A stretch of DNA of 31,718 nucleotides from a virus. The DNA lies in IMG/VR virus record IMGVR_UViG_2547132060_000002, positions 1 to 31,718 of that record; one strand, given 5' to 3'. The translations under genes and the position numbers were made by a program. This document shows, in pieces, positions 8,042 to 18,072 of this stretch (position 1 is its first letter; the number at the start of each line of letters is the position of its first letter). Below the pieces are notes generated by a model. That model did not search any database, was not told where the DNA came from, and saw only the letters and a list, made by a program, of their open reading frames with translations.

Positions 8042-8359
8042 ATGAGTGATAGATATACTATTATTAATAAGGAAGAACCTCATGGACAGAGTGTAGCAGA
8101 AAATGGAATTCCTTGCACTGCAAGACATTGTGTTACACAGTTAAATGGATTATTTTCAGATAATGAAAAGTTAGAATTAAAGATGATAGGATTAGAGAGC
8201 AAATTAAAAAGCATTAAATTTGTGTTAAAGTGTAGTGAGAGGAAATTAGATAAAGAATTATCTAAACAAGAAACACTTATTGGAAAGTTGGTTGTATATG
8301 GGGAGAAGGGATTGTTGGCTGAGTTAAAAGAAGAAATACTGGAGATAATAAATGATTGA
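8042..8359 (+). CDS. Hypothetical coiled-coil protein
   Basis: 105-aa ORF in the operon chain. Confidence 0.7.
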   Translation: MSDRYTIINKEEPHGQSVAENGIPCTARHCVTQLNGLFSDNEKLELKMIGLESKLKSIKFVLKCSERKLDKELSKQETLIGKLVVYGEKGLLAELKEEILEIIND

Positions 8360-8597
8360 AAAAAATGAGATGAGTAAATGTATGTATATGCAGTTGCGTT
8401 TAACTATTCCTGATTTTGAGAAAATACCTCAAAAATTAATTTGCAATGAAATCAAAAAAGCAGCAAGTAGAACCCGCCTCGTAAAGTATAGTACTTGGCG
8501 GGAAAAAGTAATGTATAATGGGAAAATAATGAGTTTCACAATGCTTGTTTTTGAAGTGAAAAAGAATATTTTAAGAAATTGGAGAGGGTTAAAATAA
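8352..8597 (+). CDS. Hypothetical basic protein
   Basis: Overlapping chain with GGAGA RBS. Confidence 0.65.
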   Translation: MIEKNEMSKCMYMQLRLTIPDFEKIPQKLICNEIKKAASRTRLVKYSTWREKVMYNGKIMSFTMLVFEVKKNILRNWRGLK

Positions 8598-8887
8598 TGG
8601 TGGGGAAATGTAAATGGTGTGGAAAACCATTCACAAAAACACACAACAGGCAAATGTATTGCAGTACTTACTGCAGGAAAAATGCCCGCAGGGAACAACA
8701 GGCAGGGTATAGTAGAACATATAGGAAGAAATATAAAGGTATGCTTCCAGATTCTACATTATATGGTTTAGGTAGTGGCAGGTTGGGTAGCCATACTTGT
8801 TATAATTGGCGGAAGGAGTATAAGAAGATTCAGAATGAGTATGTTTTTTTGAATATTAAACCAAAAAGGGAGAAACTGAAAACATGA
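8597..8887 (+). CDS. Zn-finger protein (CxxC-x16-CxxxC)
   Basis: CKWCGKPF...YCSTYCR followed by a basic helix; TAATG overlap gives start 8597. Confidence 0.75.
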   Translation: MVGKCKWCGKPFTKTHNRQMYCSTYCRKNARREQQAGYSRTYRKKYKGMLPDSTLYGLGSGRLGSHTCYNWRKEYKKIQNEYVFLNIKPKREKLKT

Positions 8888-9312
8888 TATTTGGCGATTT
8901 AAATTTAGGAATTGATGAATTCTTTGTAGGGATGACTGGATCTAGTGACCCTGCGGCGGTTTTTATGATACGATATGATAGGAATAAAGGTAATACTCGG
9001 CAAATACTTGATTTTATTAATAGAGAGTATGTCGAAGAGTATTCTTATGATGTGTTACTACCACATTATGAAAGGACATATAATAAGGGACATGTTTCAG
9101 GTTTGAATATACGTTTCACTGAGGAGTTTATTAATAATCCTGATGTAAAATTATGTTTTAATGAAACGGAACCTTTTACATTAAAACATAATGATTATTT
9201 GATGTTTGTGATTTCTAAGGATAATAAGTTATATGTTAGTACTGTTACGGGAAAGGAAGCGAGATTTTTGGTTAATGAGAGGATTGTGGATTCTAGGCTA
9301 TCATTTGATTAA
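8884..9312 (+). CDS. Hypothetical protein
   Basis: 142-aa ORF, last gene of the early/middle operon. Confidence 0.75.
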   Translation: MIFGDLNLGIDEFFVGMTGSSDPAAVFMIRYDRNKGNTRQILDFINREYVEEYSYDVLLPHYERTYNKGHVSGLNIRFTEEFINNPDVKLCFNETEPFTLKHNDYLMFVISKDNKLYVSTVTGKEARFLVNERIVDSRLSFD

Positions 9313-9455
9313 TTATTTTTCCTACTATTTTTTTTCTACTTTTTTCTTTATTTTTTTTGGTTAAAAATTCCACTTTTTTTGGTAAAAATGGGATTTTTTC
9401 TTTGATTTTTGCATTTTTTTTCTACTTTTTTCTTTTTTTCTTACTTCTTTTTTTT
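9313..9455 (+). terminator. Oligo-T-rich archaeal-type terminator region
   Basis: Several T6-T9 runs with repeated CTACTTTTT units right after the operon end. Confidence 0.5.
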
Positions 9456-9690
9456 GGGGGGGTGTGTTGATTTATGGTGTTTGTTTTGTAGCCAATAAAA
9501 AAACACTTATTTTGTTAATTTACTTAGGGTAAATGAACTTTTTTTGTAATCTTTATTAAAAAAAGGTTAATGACAGTATAACCTGAAGACGTTGCAGATA
9601 TAATAGAAAAGTAGTTTGAAGATATTGACTTTTTTTGGTATGAAATGTTGTCTAAAAATTTACAGCATAAAAGATTTTTAAAAGACTATT

Positions 9691-9723
9691 TTTTCTAATT
9701 GCTCACAGTATATTATGAAGGAG
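9691..9723. repeat. 33-bp dispersed repeat, copy 1
   Basis: TTTTCTAATTGCTCACAGTATATTATGAAGGAG; 30/33 identical to 18711-18743. Confidence 0.9.
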
Positions 9724-9816
9724 GGTTTAAAAAAAAATATTTTTTTTAAAGGGAAAAATAGTTGTATTTTTTTTGTCATATTGTCATTTTGTTAAAAAAT
9801 ATCACATTAAATAAGC

Positions 9817-10035
9817 ATGAAATCTAAAATTTTTAAAAACATGAAACATGCAAATATTGAATGTCCAGAATGTAACTGGAAGAGGAAACAAAGGAAAAAA
9901 CAAGAAAAACATTATAGGAATCATAATACATCTTGTTATATTAAGTTTCCTGAACCTCCTTTAACTGTTTTGGATGAATCTCGTGCAGAATATAATTGCA
10001 CAAACTGCGGGTGTGTATTTCCCTTAAAAAAATAA
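9817..10035 (+). CDS. Stand-alone TFIIB/TFB-type Zn-ribbon protein
   Basis: CPEC...VLDESRAEYNCTNCGCVF resembles the TFB N-terminal CPxC...DxxRGExxCxxCGxV, with a basic insert. Confidence 0.65.
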   Translation: MKSKIFKNMKHANIECPECNWKRKQRKKQEKHYRNHNTSCYIKFPEPPLTVLDESRAEYNCTNCGCVFPLKK

Positions 10036-10066
10036 ATAATTCCTCCTTTTTTTAAAAGATAGAAAT

Positions 10067-10150
10067 GTTGGTAGTAGCTTTTTTTTTTCAAATTACATGA
10101 ATTTTTAGTACCCAATATAAAAGTTGAGGGTGCAACTCCCTCCACCAACA
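10067..10150 (+). pseudogene. Degenerate tRNA-like sequence
   Basis: GTTGGT(A)G/CACCAAC acceptor-like pairing and GAGGG-TGCAACT-CCCTC T-arm; D arm replaced by a T run; no canonical anticodon loop. Confidence 0.45.
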
Positions 10151-10153
10151 AAT

Positions 10154-10236
10154 GTTGAGGTAGCCTAGTCTGGTAGGGCGTTAGACTGCTAATCTAATGA
10201 TGTAATATCTCATGGGTTCAAATCCCATCCTCAACG
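10154..10236 (+). tRNA. tRNA-Ser(GCT), intron-less, CCA not encoded
   Basis: Acceptor GTTGAGG/CCTCAAC plus discriminator G; D arm GCCT...GGGC; anticodon arm TTAGA-CTGCTAA-TCTAA; extended variable arm; T arm ATGGG-TTCAAAT-CCCAT. Confidence 0.9.
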
Positions 10237-10321
10237 TTTTTTAAAAAAATAATTTTTTTTTATATATTCATATTCATCATATTTTTTTCCAATCCCCCAA
10301 AAAAATGAGGTGAAAAAACAC

Positions 10322-10495
10322 ATGGAATTAAACAACAAAACAATCTTAATAGTTGGAATAATAAGTATTGCAATACTAGCATTATACTTTAAAAATAATG
10401 AACTAGCAGCAGCTGCATTAGGGGGTCTTGTAGGATACCTCAGTAAAGACATACCAACACAAGATGTGATAAACGATGAAAGAAGAGAATACTAA
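10322..10495 (+). CDS. Small two-helix membrane protein (holin-like)
   Basis: Two hydrophobic segments and a charged C-terminus; GAGGTGA RBS. Confidence 0.55.
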   Translation: MELNNKTILIVGIISIAILALYFKNNELAAAALGGLVGYLSKDIPTQDVINDERREY

Positions 10496-10724
10496 ATCAT
10501 ATTGTATTCAAGAAGCCCGTATCAGCAAAATAGAAACACGACTAGACAACAAACACCAAGACCTACAAGAAATCAGAGATGATATACAACACGATCAAGA
10601 ACAAATACAAGAAATACTCGTAGCACTAACACAACTAACTACCACATTAAAAGTACTACAATGGGTCATAGCATTCCTAGCAACAATAGCAGGAAGCGGA
10701 ATACTCACAATGATACTAAAATAA
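10476..10724 (+). CDS. Coiled-coil protein with C-terminal TM helix (XhlA-like lysis accessory?)
   Basis: RISKIETRLD...coiled coil, then VLQWVIAFLATIAGSGILTMIL. Confidence 0.55.
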   Translation: MKEENTKSYCIQEARISKIETRLDNKHQDLQEIRDDIQHDQEQIQEILVALTQLTTTLKVLQWVIAFLATIAGSGILTMILK

Positions 10725-10740
10725 AAGAGGTGAAAAAAAA

Positions 10741-11358
10741 ATGACAAAACCATGGGAAAGACAAAAAGGAGAATCAAGCAAAAGCTTCGCATGGTTTGAA
10801 GTATACCTAGACCTAGGAGCAAGCAGAAAACTACCCAAAGTCATAGAAAAAATAGAATCCATGACTGAAAAGGACCGAGAAAGTAATGATTCTGCTGAAA
10901 ATATTATCCCTTTACCTACATATGCCCAGTTGCAAAATCAGTCAAAGAGATGGCATTGGACGAAACGTACAAGAGCTTATGATAATTATTTGAGTAATTT
11001 GCGAAGACAACAGAAAGAAGAAGCATATCTTCAATCTGAAGATAGGTTGATTAAAATTGGTGAGGACCTGGCAACTGCTGTTGAAGAAGTAGTTGAAGAT
11101 TTAAGGTATACTTCAGCTGATGAATCAAAAGCAACTAGTGTTGCCCATGCAGTATCTTCAGCATCAAAGGCTTATGATAATGCAGTTAAAAACATCAGGT
11201 TACTATATGGTCGTAGTACTGAGAATAAAGAAACAAATGCAGAAGTCAATCTAGGTGCAGAAGTAGATACTAATCAACGTGTTGAAGTAGATCTTACAAG
11301 TGATAGGTTCATGGAAAATGAGTTAGAATACATGAAAAAATTAATGGATAAAAAATGA
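10741..11358 (+). CDS. terS: Terminase small subunit
   Basis: PWERQKGES.K.F.WF..YLDLG and SKRWHW.KR..AYD motifs; directly upstream of TerL. Confidence 0.8.
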   Translation: MTKPWERQKGESSKSFAWFEVYLDLGASRKLPKVIEKIESMTEKDRESNDSAENIIPLPTYAQLQNQSKRWHWTKRTRAYDNYLSNLRRQQKEEAYLQSEDRLIKIGEDLATAVEEVVEDLRYTSADESKATSVAHAVSSASKAYDNAVKNIRLLYGRSTENKETNAEVNLGAEVDTNQRVEVDLTSDRFMENELEYMKKLMDKK

Positions 11359-12839
11359 TTGCAACAAAACCAGAACAAGAACAATTTCATGGTCCTATGG
11401 GTATAGGTCGATGGAGTGTCTATATTAACGATGGTTTCTGGAAGCCGAGGAATTTTGATGTATTAATTATTGAATTGTTGCAATATGCTTTGCAAGGCAG
11501 AGTATCAAAGATATTACTGGGGGTCCCGTCCAGACATGGGAAATCTACATTAATTTCAAAAAACTTTGCTTCTTATTTTTTAGCACATTTCCCAAATGAT
11601 AAAATCATTTTAAGCTCATATTCACAAGGCTTAGCAAGTGAATTTGGGGGGCAAGTAAAAAATGTAATAAACCATTATGGATACCTATCGCCTTACAATG
11701 TAAAATTAGCTACAGATAGTAAAGCTAAAAACAAATTCAACATTGACCATCCATACAGAGGACAAATGTTGGCTGTAGGTGCTGGTGGAGCAATACTTGG
11801 TTTTGGTGCAGGATTATTCATAGTTGATGATCCTATTAAAAATATTGCTGATGCAGAAAGTAAAGTCCTGCAACCAAAACTTCGGGACTGGTTCGAATCT
11901 ACTGCAAAAAGCAGATTAGAAAAAAGAAGTAATGGTTTACCACCAATAATGATTGTAATTGCACAAAGATTACATTTAAATGATTTACATGGAATTATCC
12001 GTAAAATAGAACCAACCATCACAGCTAATGAAGCATTCACTATTTTAAGAAATGGTGGAAGTATTGACCCTAATGTATGGGTTGATTTGAATATTCCAGC
12101 AATATGTACAAATCCAGAAACCGACCTGTTAGGAAGAAAATTAAATGATGTATTATGGGATGAACAAAGAGATTACAATTGGTTAATGGCCGAAAAAAAA
12201 TCAATGGGTAGCTATTTATTCAATGCAATATATCAAGGCGAACCACAGGAAAGAGATGGAAACATCTTTAAACGAGAATGGTTTGAAGACCCTGTTACTG
12301 GCAGATTAACCTGCACCATACCAGCACAACAAGTACCCGAAGATTTGCCTGAATTAAGGTATTGGGATTTTGGTGCTAGTGGTGATGATGGAGATGCAAC
12401 TGCAGGAATGAAAACAAGTTATGATGGTGAATATATGTACGTCCTGGATCTTGTTAATGGAAAGTTCACCAGTCGGGATGTTTTAAAATATTTCATGCAA
12501 ACCGCAAAAAATGACGGTAAGGCCTGCCGTATCAAAATAGAACAAGAACCTGGAGCGGGAAGTAAAACATTAATACAGAAATTCCGTCAGGAGAAAGAAT
12601 TAAAAGGTTACCATATTCGGGGGGATAAAGTGAAAACAGCTAAAAATATTAGGAGTTTTGAATTAGAAGCATTAGCAGAAGACCGTAAAATATTACTTGT
12701 TCAGGCACCTTGGAATCAATTATTAATAGATCAATTAGTTTCTTTCACTGGAAAAGATGGCGGAACAGATGATATTGTAGATGCTTGCACAGGTTCTGCT
12801 AGACATTGGAAACGTCCAAGAAGGAGAATTAGAGTATGA
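11355..12839 (+). CDS. terL: Terminase large subunit
   Basis: Walker A VPSRHGKST, Walker B FIVDDP, RNase H-like nuclease YWDFG...IEQE...DDIVDA. Confidence 0.96.
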   Translation: MIATKPEQEQFHGPMGIGRWSVYINDGFWKPRNFDVLIIELLQYALQGRVSKILLGVPSRHGKSTLISKNFASYFLAHFPNDKIILSSYSQGLASEFGGQVKNVINHYGYLSPYNVKLATDSKAKNKFNIDHPYRGQMLAVGAGGAILGFGAGLFIVDDPIKNIADAESKVLQPKLRDWFESTAKSRLEKRSNGLPPIMIVIAQRLHLNDLHGIIRKIEPTITANEAFTILRNGGSIDPNVWVDLNIPAICTNPETDLLGRKLNDVLWDEQRDYNWLMAEKKSMGSYLFNAIYQGEPQERDGNIFKREWFEDPVTGRLTCTIPAQQVPEDLPELRYWDFGASGDDGDATAGMKTSYDGEYMYVLDLVNGKFTSRDVLKYFMQTAKNDGKACRIKIEQEPGAGSKTLIQKFRQEKELKGYHIRGDKVKTAKNIRSFELEALAEDRKILLVQAPWNQLLIDQLVSFTGKDGGTDDIVDACTGSARHWKRPRRRIRV

Positions 12840-14464
12840 AGAAAAATAATCGAAAAAGTGAAAGTTTCATAGTCACCGACACTGGAGAATGGGTAGACAG
12901 CACAATACTAGAAGAATACAAAATATCAGCAAAAGCAGACATGGATGCTGATGGAAGTAAACAAGTACATGAAGAAGACTGGGCATATGGAGATTATATT
13001 CTTGCACCGAAATATGATCCCAAAAAATTAATTGATGTACTTGATTTGAACAGTTATCATAGAAATTGTGTAGATGTAGTTGCCCGTGACAGTTCAGGAT
13101 TAAATTACAGTTTCCAACCAAAAGAAGAAGGAAATGAAGAAATATTTGATAATCCTCTTGTTGAAGAATTTTTGGATAATATTAAGCCATCTATTAATAC
13201 TTTATTATATCTGCGAATGTTTGACCGTAGAGCAATAGGTTACGGGGCTATTGAAGTTATACGTGAGAATACTAGTGACTCTCAGGTAATAAACTTAACA
13301 CATATTCCAGCACATACTCTCCGCCGTGCAGCGGATGGGTATCGTGTACAGCAAAAAATAGGTACAAAAACCGTCTGGTTTGTCATATATGGTGGAACAT
13401 ACTATGGCGAACAGGTAGATGTGCATGCAGACACAGGTGAAATCTATGAATACAATACTTTACCTGAAAAAGAAAAAGCAAATGAATTACTCTGGACACA
13501 GGAATATGCTCCTGGAACTAATTATTATGGAAGACCTCCTATTGTAGGTTCATTAGCTGCAGTAGCAGGAGATTTGTCCCGTGCAAGATACAATAACAGT
13601 TTCTTCAAAAACTACGGTATGCCTACATTTGCAGTAACAATCACAGGAGATTTTGCAGATTACGAAAAAGACCCTGAAGATGAAGATTACGACCCAACTA
13701 AAACTTTAAAATATCAAATTAACCAACAATTGCAACAAGTTATCCGAAACCCTCATTCTGCAATGTGTATTACAATCCCTTCCGAAGGAGAAGAAGGAAA
13801 TGTGGATATTAATATACAACCTTTAAGTGTTGAGCAAAGAGAAGCAGATTTCCGTTTATTCCGTACAGATAATCGTGATGAAGTCATACACTCACATCGT
13901 GTAGACCCATCCAGGATTGGAATGTATGATAGTGGAAATCTCAATGGAACTAATGCAAAACAAACTGATAAATCATACACAGTCAGTACAATTGCTCCAA
14001 TCAAAGCAGAAAACGAGTATGATATTAACACATTATTAAAAAATGAATTTGATTTAACGGATTGGAAATTTGTACTTTCTGATATGGATCCTAAAGATTT
14101 TACAAGAGATATTGATGTTATTGAGAAATTGTTTAATATGGCTTCAATCACACCAAATCAGATTATTAAACTTGTTGGAGATAAATTCGGTTTAAGTCAG
14201 GTCACAGATAATGCTTATCTTGATGAATATTACTTGAATGGTGTTCCTTTAGACCAGGTTTGGCAACAAGCAGCACAAAATAATACGGAATATGCAGATT
14301 CAGTATTAAATGCGTTAAATGATGAAATAGTGGGGGAGGCTACAAAGTATGATGAAACAGAAGAGTCTGGAGAATATGGCTTGGATGTCCAGTACAGCAC
14401 AAAAGCAGATACAACATTTTCAGACAAAATCAGACGAATTATCACTAGCAGAATCAAAACTTAA
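12836..14464 (+). CDS. Portal protein (PBSX/HK97 phage_portal type)
   Basis: Follows TerL; HIPAHTLR, YYGRPPI, YNNSFFKNYGMP, HRVDP..IG, ITPNQI motifs. Confidence 0.93.
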   Translation: MKKNNRKSESFIVTDTGEWVDSTILEEYKISAKADMDADGSKQVHEEDWAYGDYILAPKYDPKKLIDVLDLNSYHRNCVDVVARDSSGLNYSFQPKEEGNEEIFDNPLVEEFLDNIKPSINTLLYLRMFDRRAIGYGAIEVIRENTSDSQVINLTHIPAHTLRRAADGYRVQQKIGTKTVWFVIYGGTYYGEQVDVHADTGEIYEYNTLPEKEKANELLWTQEYAPGTNYYGRPPIVGSLAAVAGDLSRARYNNSFFKNYGMPTFAVTITGDFADYEKDPEDEDYDPTKTLKYQINQQLQQVIRNPHSAMCITIPSEGEEGNVDINIQPLSVEQREADFRLFRTDNRDEVIHSHRVDPSRIGMYDSGNLNGTNAKQTDKSYTVSTIAPIKAENEYDINTLLKNEFDLTDWKFVLSDMDPKDFTRDIDVIEKLFNMASITPNQIIKLVGDKFGLSQVTDNAYLDEYYLNGVPLDQVWQQAAQNNTEYADSVLNALNDEIVGEATKYDETEESGEYGLDVQYSTKADTTFSDKIRRIITSRIKT

Positions 14465-17400
14465 ATTGAAAGTATCGCTCATTTTTCAGAAAATGCAGGA
14501 TAATATTTTCAAAAATTTACGGGAGTATTATCAGCCAACCGTTTTATTTCAAGCTCATGTGGATCTTATTTTGGAACCTATCCATGAATTGCATAAATTG
14601 TATTATGATAATGTTCTTGAGTCTAAACAATTCATATACCAGAAAGGGTATGAGTTAGCAGAGTTAGAAGTGTTGAATAAAATACAAGAACATGTGAGTA
14701 TGAAAAGTGACACTTCACCCATATTTCATCCAGAAGATTTAAGCAGTCTTTTAGAAAAAGACCAATTGTTTGGTACAAGTAAATCTGCAGCAGCGAAACT
14801 TGAAAAAGACACTTTCAATGCTTCACAAAAAACCCTAACAAGAGTAGATAAAGACATAAACAACATTCTAGTTGATTCTTATCAGGAAGGAGTAGGGTAT
14901 AAAGAAGTTGGAAGACGATTAACTAAAAAATTTAATCAACTGAAAACTTTTGAAGCTGAAAGAATAGCTAGAACAGAAACACATTCTGCACATGAATTAG
15001 GAACAATGCAAGCATTTGAAGATTTGGATGTTGAATATTTGCAATGGGATGCCCATTTAGATAATCGTGTACGTGAAACACATGAAGAAATCAATGGTGA
15101 AATCATACCCTTAGGGGGAACTTTTAGTAATGGTTTAAAGTATCCAGGGGATAAAAATGGCCCAATTAAAGAATGGATTAATTGTAGGTGCCATGGTGTG
15201 CCGTATATTTTGCCTCCTGGGGCTATTGCTCCTAATATGCCGTATTTCCGTGAAAGTGATTTAATAATAGTTGAGAAATATACTCCCTTAAATTTTGAAA
15301 ACAAACTGGATAATTCACATACATTAAATGTATCCGAATCTGAACTTCAAGAATTTATTATAAATGGTGAAAAGATTTCTTATGATGATATTAAACCATT
15401 TATGATTAAAAATTGGGAAAAAACAGCAGAATATGATAAAAAATATGAAAAATTATTGGATTCAGCAAATAAAAAAGATTTGAAACATGGAACTCATTTA
15501 GAAGATGAATATAAATTCACAGAAGAGATAATATCTAGTTATCATTATGATTATGATTATGAAAGTTTTAATGAATGGGAGGATATAAAAAAAGAGTTAA
15601 TCCAAGATATATTAGAAAATAAAGGTACAAAAAATAGTTGGAAGATAATTGAACAACATGTCCAGAAACCATTTGATATTAATAGATTATCTCTTTCAAA
15701 ACAAAGAGAGTTTGCATTTTACCAAATGAAAAAAGAAACAGGTACATTGTCTAAATCTCAATCAAAAATATTTTCTGAATTGAAAAAATTAGCTAAAAAT
15801 AAAAGATATCATATTGAAATGAATAAATTAGATTTAGGTGATCCATCACAAAATCTTATAGTTGGGAAAGAATGGTATGCGAAAGTAAAATGTAAAGATT
15901 GGCATTTTGTTGTAGAGTTTGGAGAAGATGTATTAGATGATGTTTCATACAATCAAATACAAACAATAATACAAGAAGAACTACCTTTAAAAATTGGGCA
16001 AAGTATAAATAAATTAGTTATTAGTAATAAACAGCCTAAAGTATTGATGAATGGAGGATATGTTCGTGTTGGAGGATGGCAAGATTCTACAAATGGAAAA
16101 ATTGTTACCTTTTTAGAGCATCCAAACAATTCTGATTATGATTGGGCGATAGATAGATTAAAAACTACCTTGGTACATGAAGGAATGCATAACATTGATT
16201 ATGTTAATACAACTATTTTTGATTTAGAAGCCGACAAATATGTTCAAATATCAAGATTTGGAGCAATTTCTAATTCTAAAGCATATGTTGATGCTGTAAG
16301 AACGGATAATTTTCTTAGGCGTACTGGAGCTATAAAAATTACAGAAAGGCCAGAAACTGGAGCGATTAGAACAGTAAATCCACAAAGTAGGGATAAAATA
16401 TGGGTGTCAGAGTATGCTGAAGGATATGCAAAAGGAAGATATGGTGAGGATTATCTAACTCATCCAGCATCAGAAGATTTAGCAGAATCTGGAGCAACTT
16501 ATTTTGCGAATAAAGAGTGGTTCAGACAAAATTTCCCAACGAGATATGAAGTAATAGATAAAGTTTTAAATTCTGAAGGAAGAGAAGTTATTGATGAATT
16601 AGCTACTCAACAATCAGATTATAAATTTTTAAAATCAAATGCATTAACAAAAACAAAAAATAGAGTAACTAAATATTTCTCAAAATCAAGCACTCCTAAA
16701 GAACATGATAAATTTAAATTAACATCATCGCAAGAACGAAACTACAAAAAATTATCAATTAGAAAAGAATCATTAGGATTTTTAGATAAGAGAAAACTTG
16801 AAAAATTAGAAAATCAGGTAAAATTCAACACATTACATAATAAAAAATTAGCATCAAATTTAAGTTATGAAGAGAATAAACAATATAAACAATTATATAA
16901 TCAATTTAGAAAAGAATTTAATCTTCCAGAATTAAAATCAAGTGAAAGAAATATTTTTAATGATTTATTAAACAGAGAATCTAAAAGAACTCAAAACAAG
17001 TTTGAAAAACATCTTGAAAAACTTAAGAACACAAAGGAATTCAAAACTGATGGAAAAACATTTATTAATTTTGCAAAAGATTCGGATGATAAAATAATTA
17101 TTCAAGTAAATCTTCAAAATTTAAATAAAAAACAAAAAGAGATATTAAATAAATGGTCTGCAGATATTGATATTTATTTAAAAGATTGGTGTCATAAATC
17201 TACAAATCCCAATTATTTAGAAAAATATGTATCTAAAAAAATTACATATGAAGAATGTGATAAATTAGGTAAAGAATTAACAAATTTAATTGAATCACTA
17301 TCTACTGAACAAACACTACAAGAAAACACAATCTTGTGGAGAGGTATTGGGATGAAAGATGAAAGAATGGATTTAAGTAACTTTGTTGTAGGTGAAAAAA

Positions 17401-17660
17401 GGAAATTTGGTGAATTTACTAGTACTTCATTTGATTTAGATACTGCAGAATCATTTGCAATGTATACTGATGATGATGAATTTGCAGGGTATATTCTCAA
17501 AATCCATGCTCCAAAAGGAACAAAAGGGGGAGCTATTGATGGTGAGAGAATAGGTAATGCTGGAACTGAATATGAATATTTATTAAGTAAAAATCAAGAA
17601 TATATTACATTAAATGTAGATGAAAATTTAAGAATAATTGATATCTTGTTGGTGAATTAA
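14349..17660 (+). CDS. MuF (SPP1 gp7 / Mu gpF) head morphogenesis protein fused to a zincin metallopeptidase and a C-terminal ADP-ribosyltransferase (start may be 14376)
   Basis: MuF: AERIARTE, WDAHLDNRVRETH, GLKYPGD..GP..EWINCRC. Peptidase: HEGMH (aa 610-614), SEYA...EDLAE (E709). ART: WRG (R998), STS (1025-1027), EYE (1074-1076). Confidence 0.9.
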   Translation: MMKQKSLENMAWMSSTAQKQIQHFQTKSDELSLAESKLKLKVSLIFQKMQDNIFKNLREYYQPTVLFQAHVDLILEPIHELHKLYYDNVLESKQFIYQKGYELAELEVLNKIQEHVSMKSDTSPIFHPEDLSSLLEKDQLFGTSKSAAAKLEKDTFNASQKTLTRVDKDINNILVDSYQEGVGYKEVGRRLTKKFNQLKTFEAERIARTETHSAHELGTMQAFEDLDVEYLQWDAHLDNRVRETHEEINGEIIPLGGTFSNGLKYPGDKNGPIKEWINCRCHGVPYILPPGAIAPNMPYFRESDLIIVEKYTPLNFENKLDNSHTLNVSESELQEFIINGEKISYDDIKPFMIKNWEKTAEYDKKYEKLLDSANKKDLKHGTHLEDEYKFTEEIISSYHYDYDYESFNEWEDIKKELIQDILENKGTKNSWKIIEQHVQKPFDINRLSLSKQREFAFYQMKKETGTLSKSQSKIFSELKKLAKNKRYHIEMNKLDLGDPSQNLIVGKEWYAKVKCKDWHFVVEFGEDVLDDVSYNQIQTIIQEELPLKIGQSINKLVISNKQPKVLMNGGYVRVGGWQDSTNGKIVTFLEHPNNSDYDWAIDRLKTTLVHEGMHNIDYVNTTIFDLEADKYVQISRFGAISNSKAYVDAVRTDNFLRRTGAIKITERPETGAIRTVNPQSRDKIWVSEYAEGYAKGRYGEDYLTHPASEDLAESGATYFANKEWFRQNFPTRYEVIDKVLNSEGREVIDELATQQSDYKFLKSNALTKTKNRVTKYFSKSSTPKEHDKFKLTSSQERNYKKLSIRKESLGFLDKRKLEKLENQVKFNTLHNKKLASNLSYEENKQYKQLYNQFRKEFNLPELKSSERNIFNDLLNRESKRTQNKFEKHLEKLKNTKEFKTDGKTFINFAKDSDDKIIIQVNLQNLNKKQKEILNKWSADIDIYLKDWCHKSTNPNYLEKYVSKKITYEECDKLGKELTNLIESLSTEQTLQENTILWRGIGMKDERMDLSNFVVGEKRKFGEFTSTSFDLDTAESFAMYTDDDEFAGYILKIHAPKGTKGGAIDGERIGNAGTEYEYLLSKNQEYITLNVDENLRIIDILLVN

Positions 17661-18059
17661 ATGGAAAATTTGAAGTCAAAATATATTGATTTGTCATTTG
17701 TGAATCAAAAAAAAGAAGAATTAATTAATATACCTGATTTTTTACCATGGGGGATTTCTTTACAATTTAAAGATAATCCTACTAGATTAAAAATTATTGA
17801 AGAAAATAATTTAAAAAGGGTATATGTATTAAAACATGTGAAACGTAATGAGTATGTTAAAATGCATAAAACTGATTTTTTCTTTCATGCTGAAGAATTA
17901 GTGAGGTTTGTTGAAAAGTATCCTCAATTTAAAGGAGTTCTCAAAGAAGAATTACTAAATAAAGATATCATAAACTATGAATCAATAACTGGTAGGAGTT
18001 TATTGGAGATTTTCAACAAAGAAGGTAAATACTTTGAAGATAAAATATATAATAAATAA
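17661..18059 (+). CDS. Hypothetical protein, candidate immunity/antitoxin
   Basis: Start abuts the ART-domain stop; 132 aa; function inferred from position only. Confidence 0.7.
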   Translation: MENLKSKYIDLSFVNQKKEELINIPDFLPWGISLQFKDNPTRLKIIEENNLKRVYVLKHVKRNEYVKMHKTDFFFHAEELVRFVEKYPQFKGVLKEELLNKDIINYESITGRSLLEIFNKEGKYFEDKIYNK

Positions 18060-18072
18060 GAGGTGAGGTGAA

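Noticed and set aside
10154-10236. tRNA-Ser as an att site
   Set aside because: It is internal, 10 kb from the integrase, and I saw no duplicated 3' fragment at the window ends
11355-12839. Intein or homing endonuclease in TerL
   Set aside because: Normal length (494 aa); no splice-junction or LAGLIDADG/HNH motifs seen
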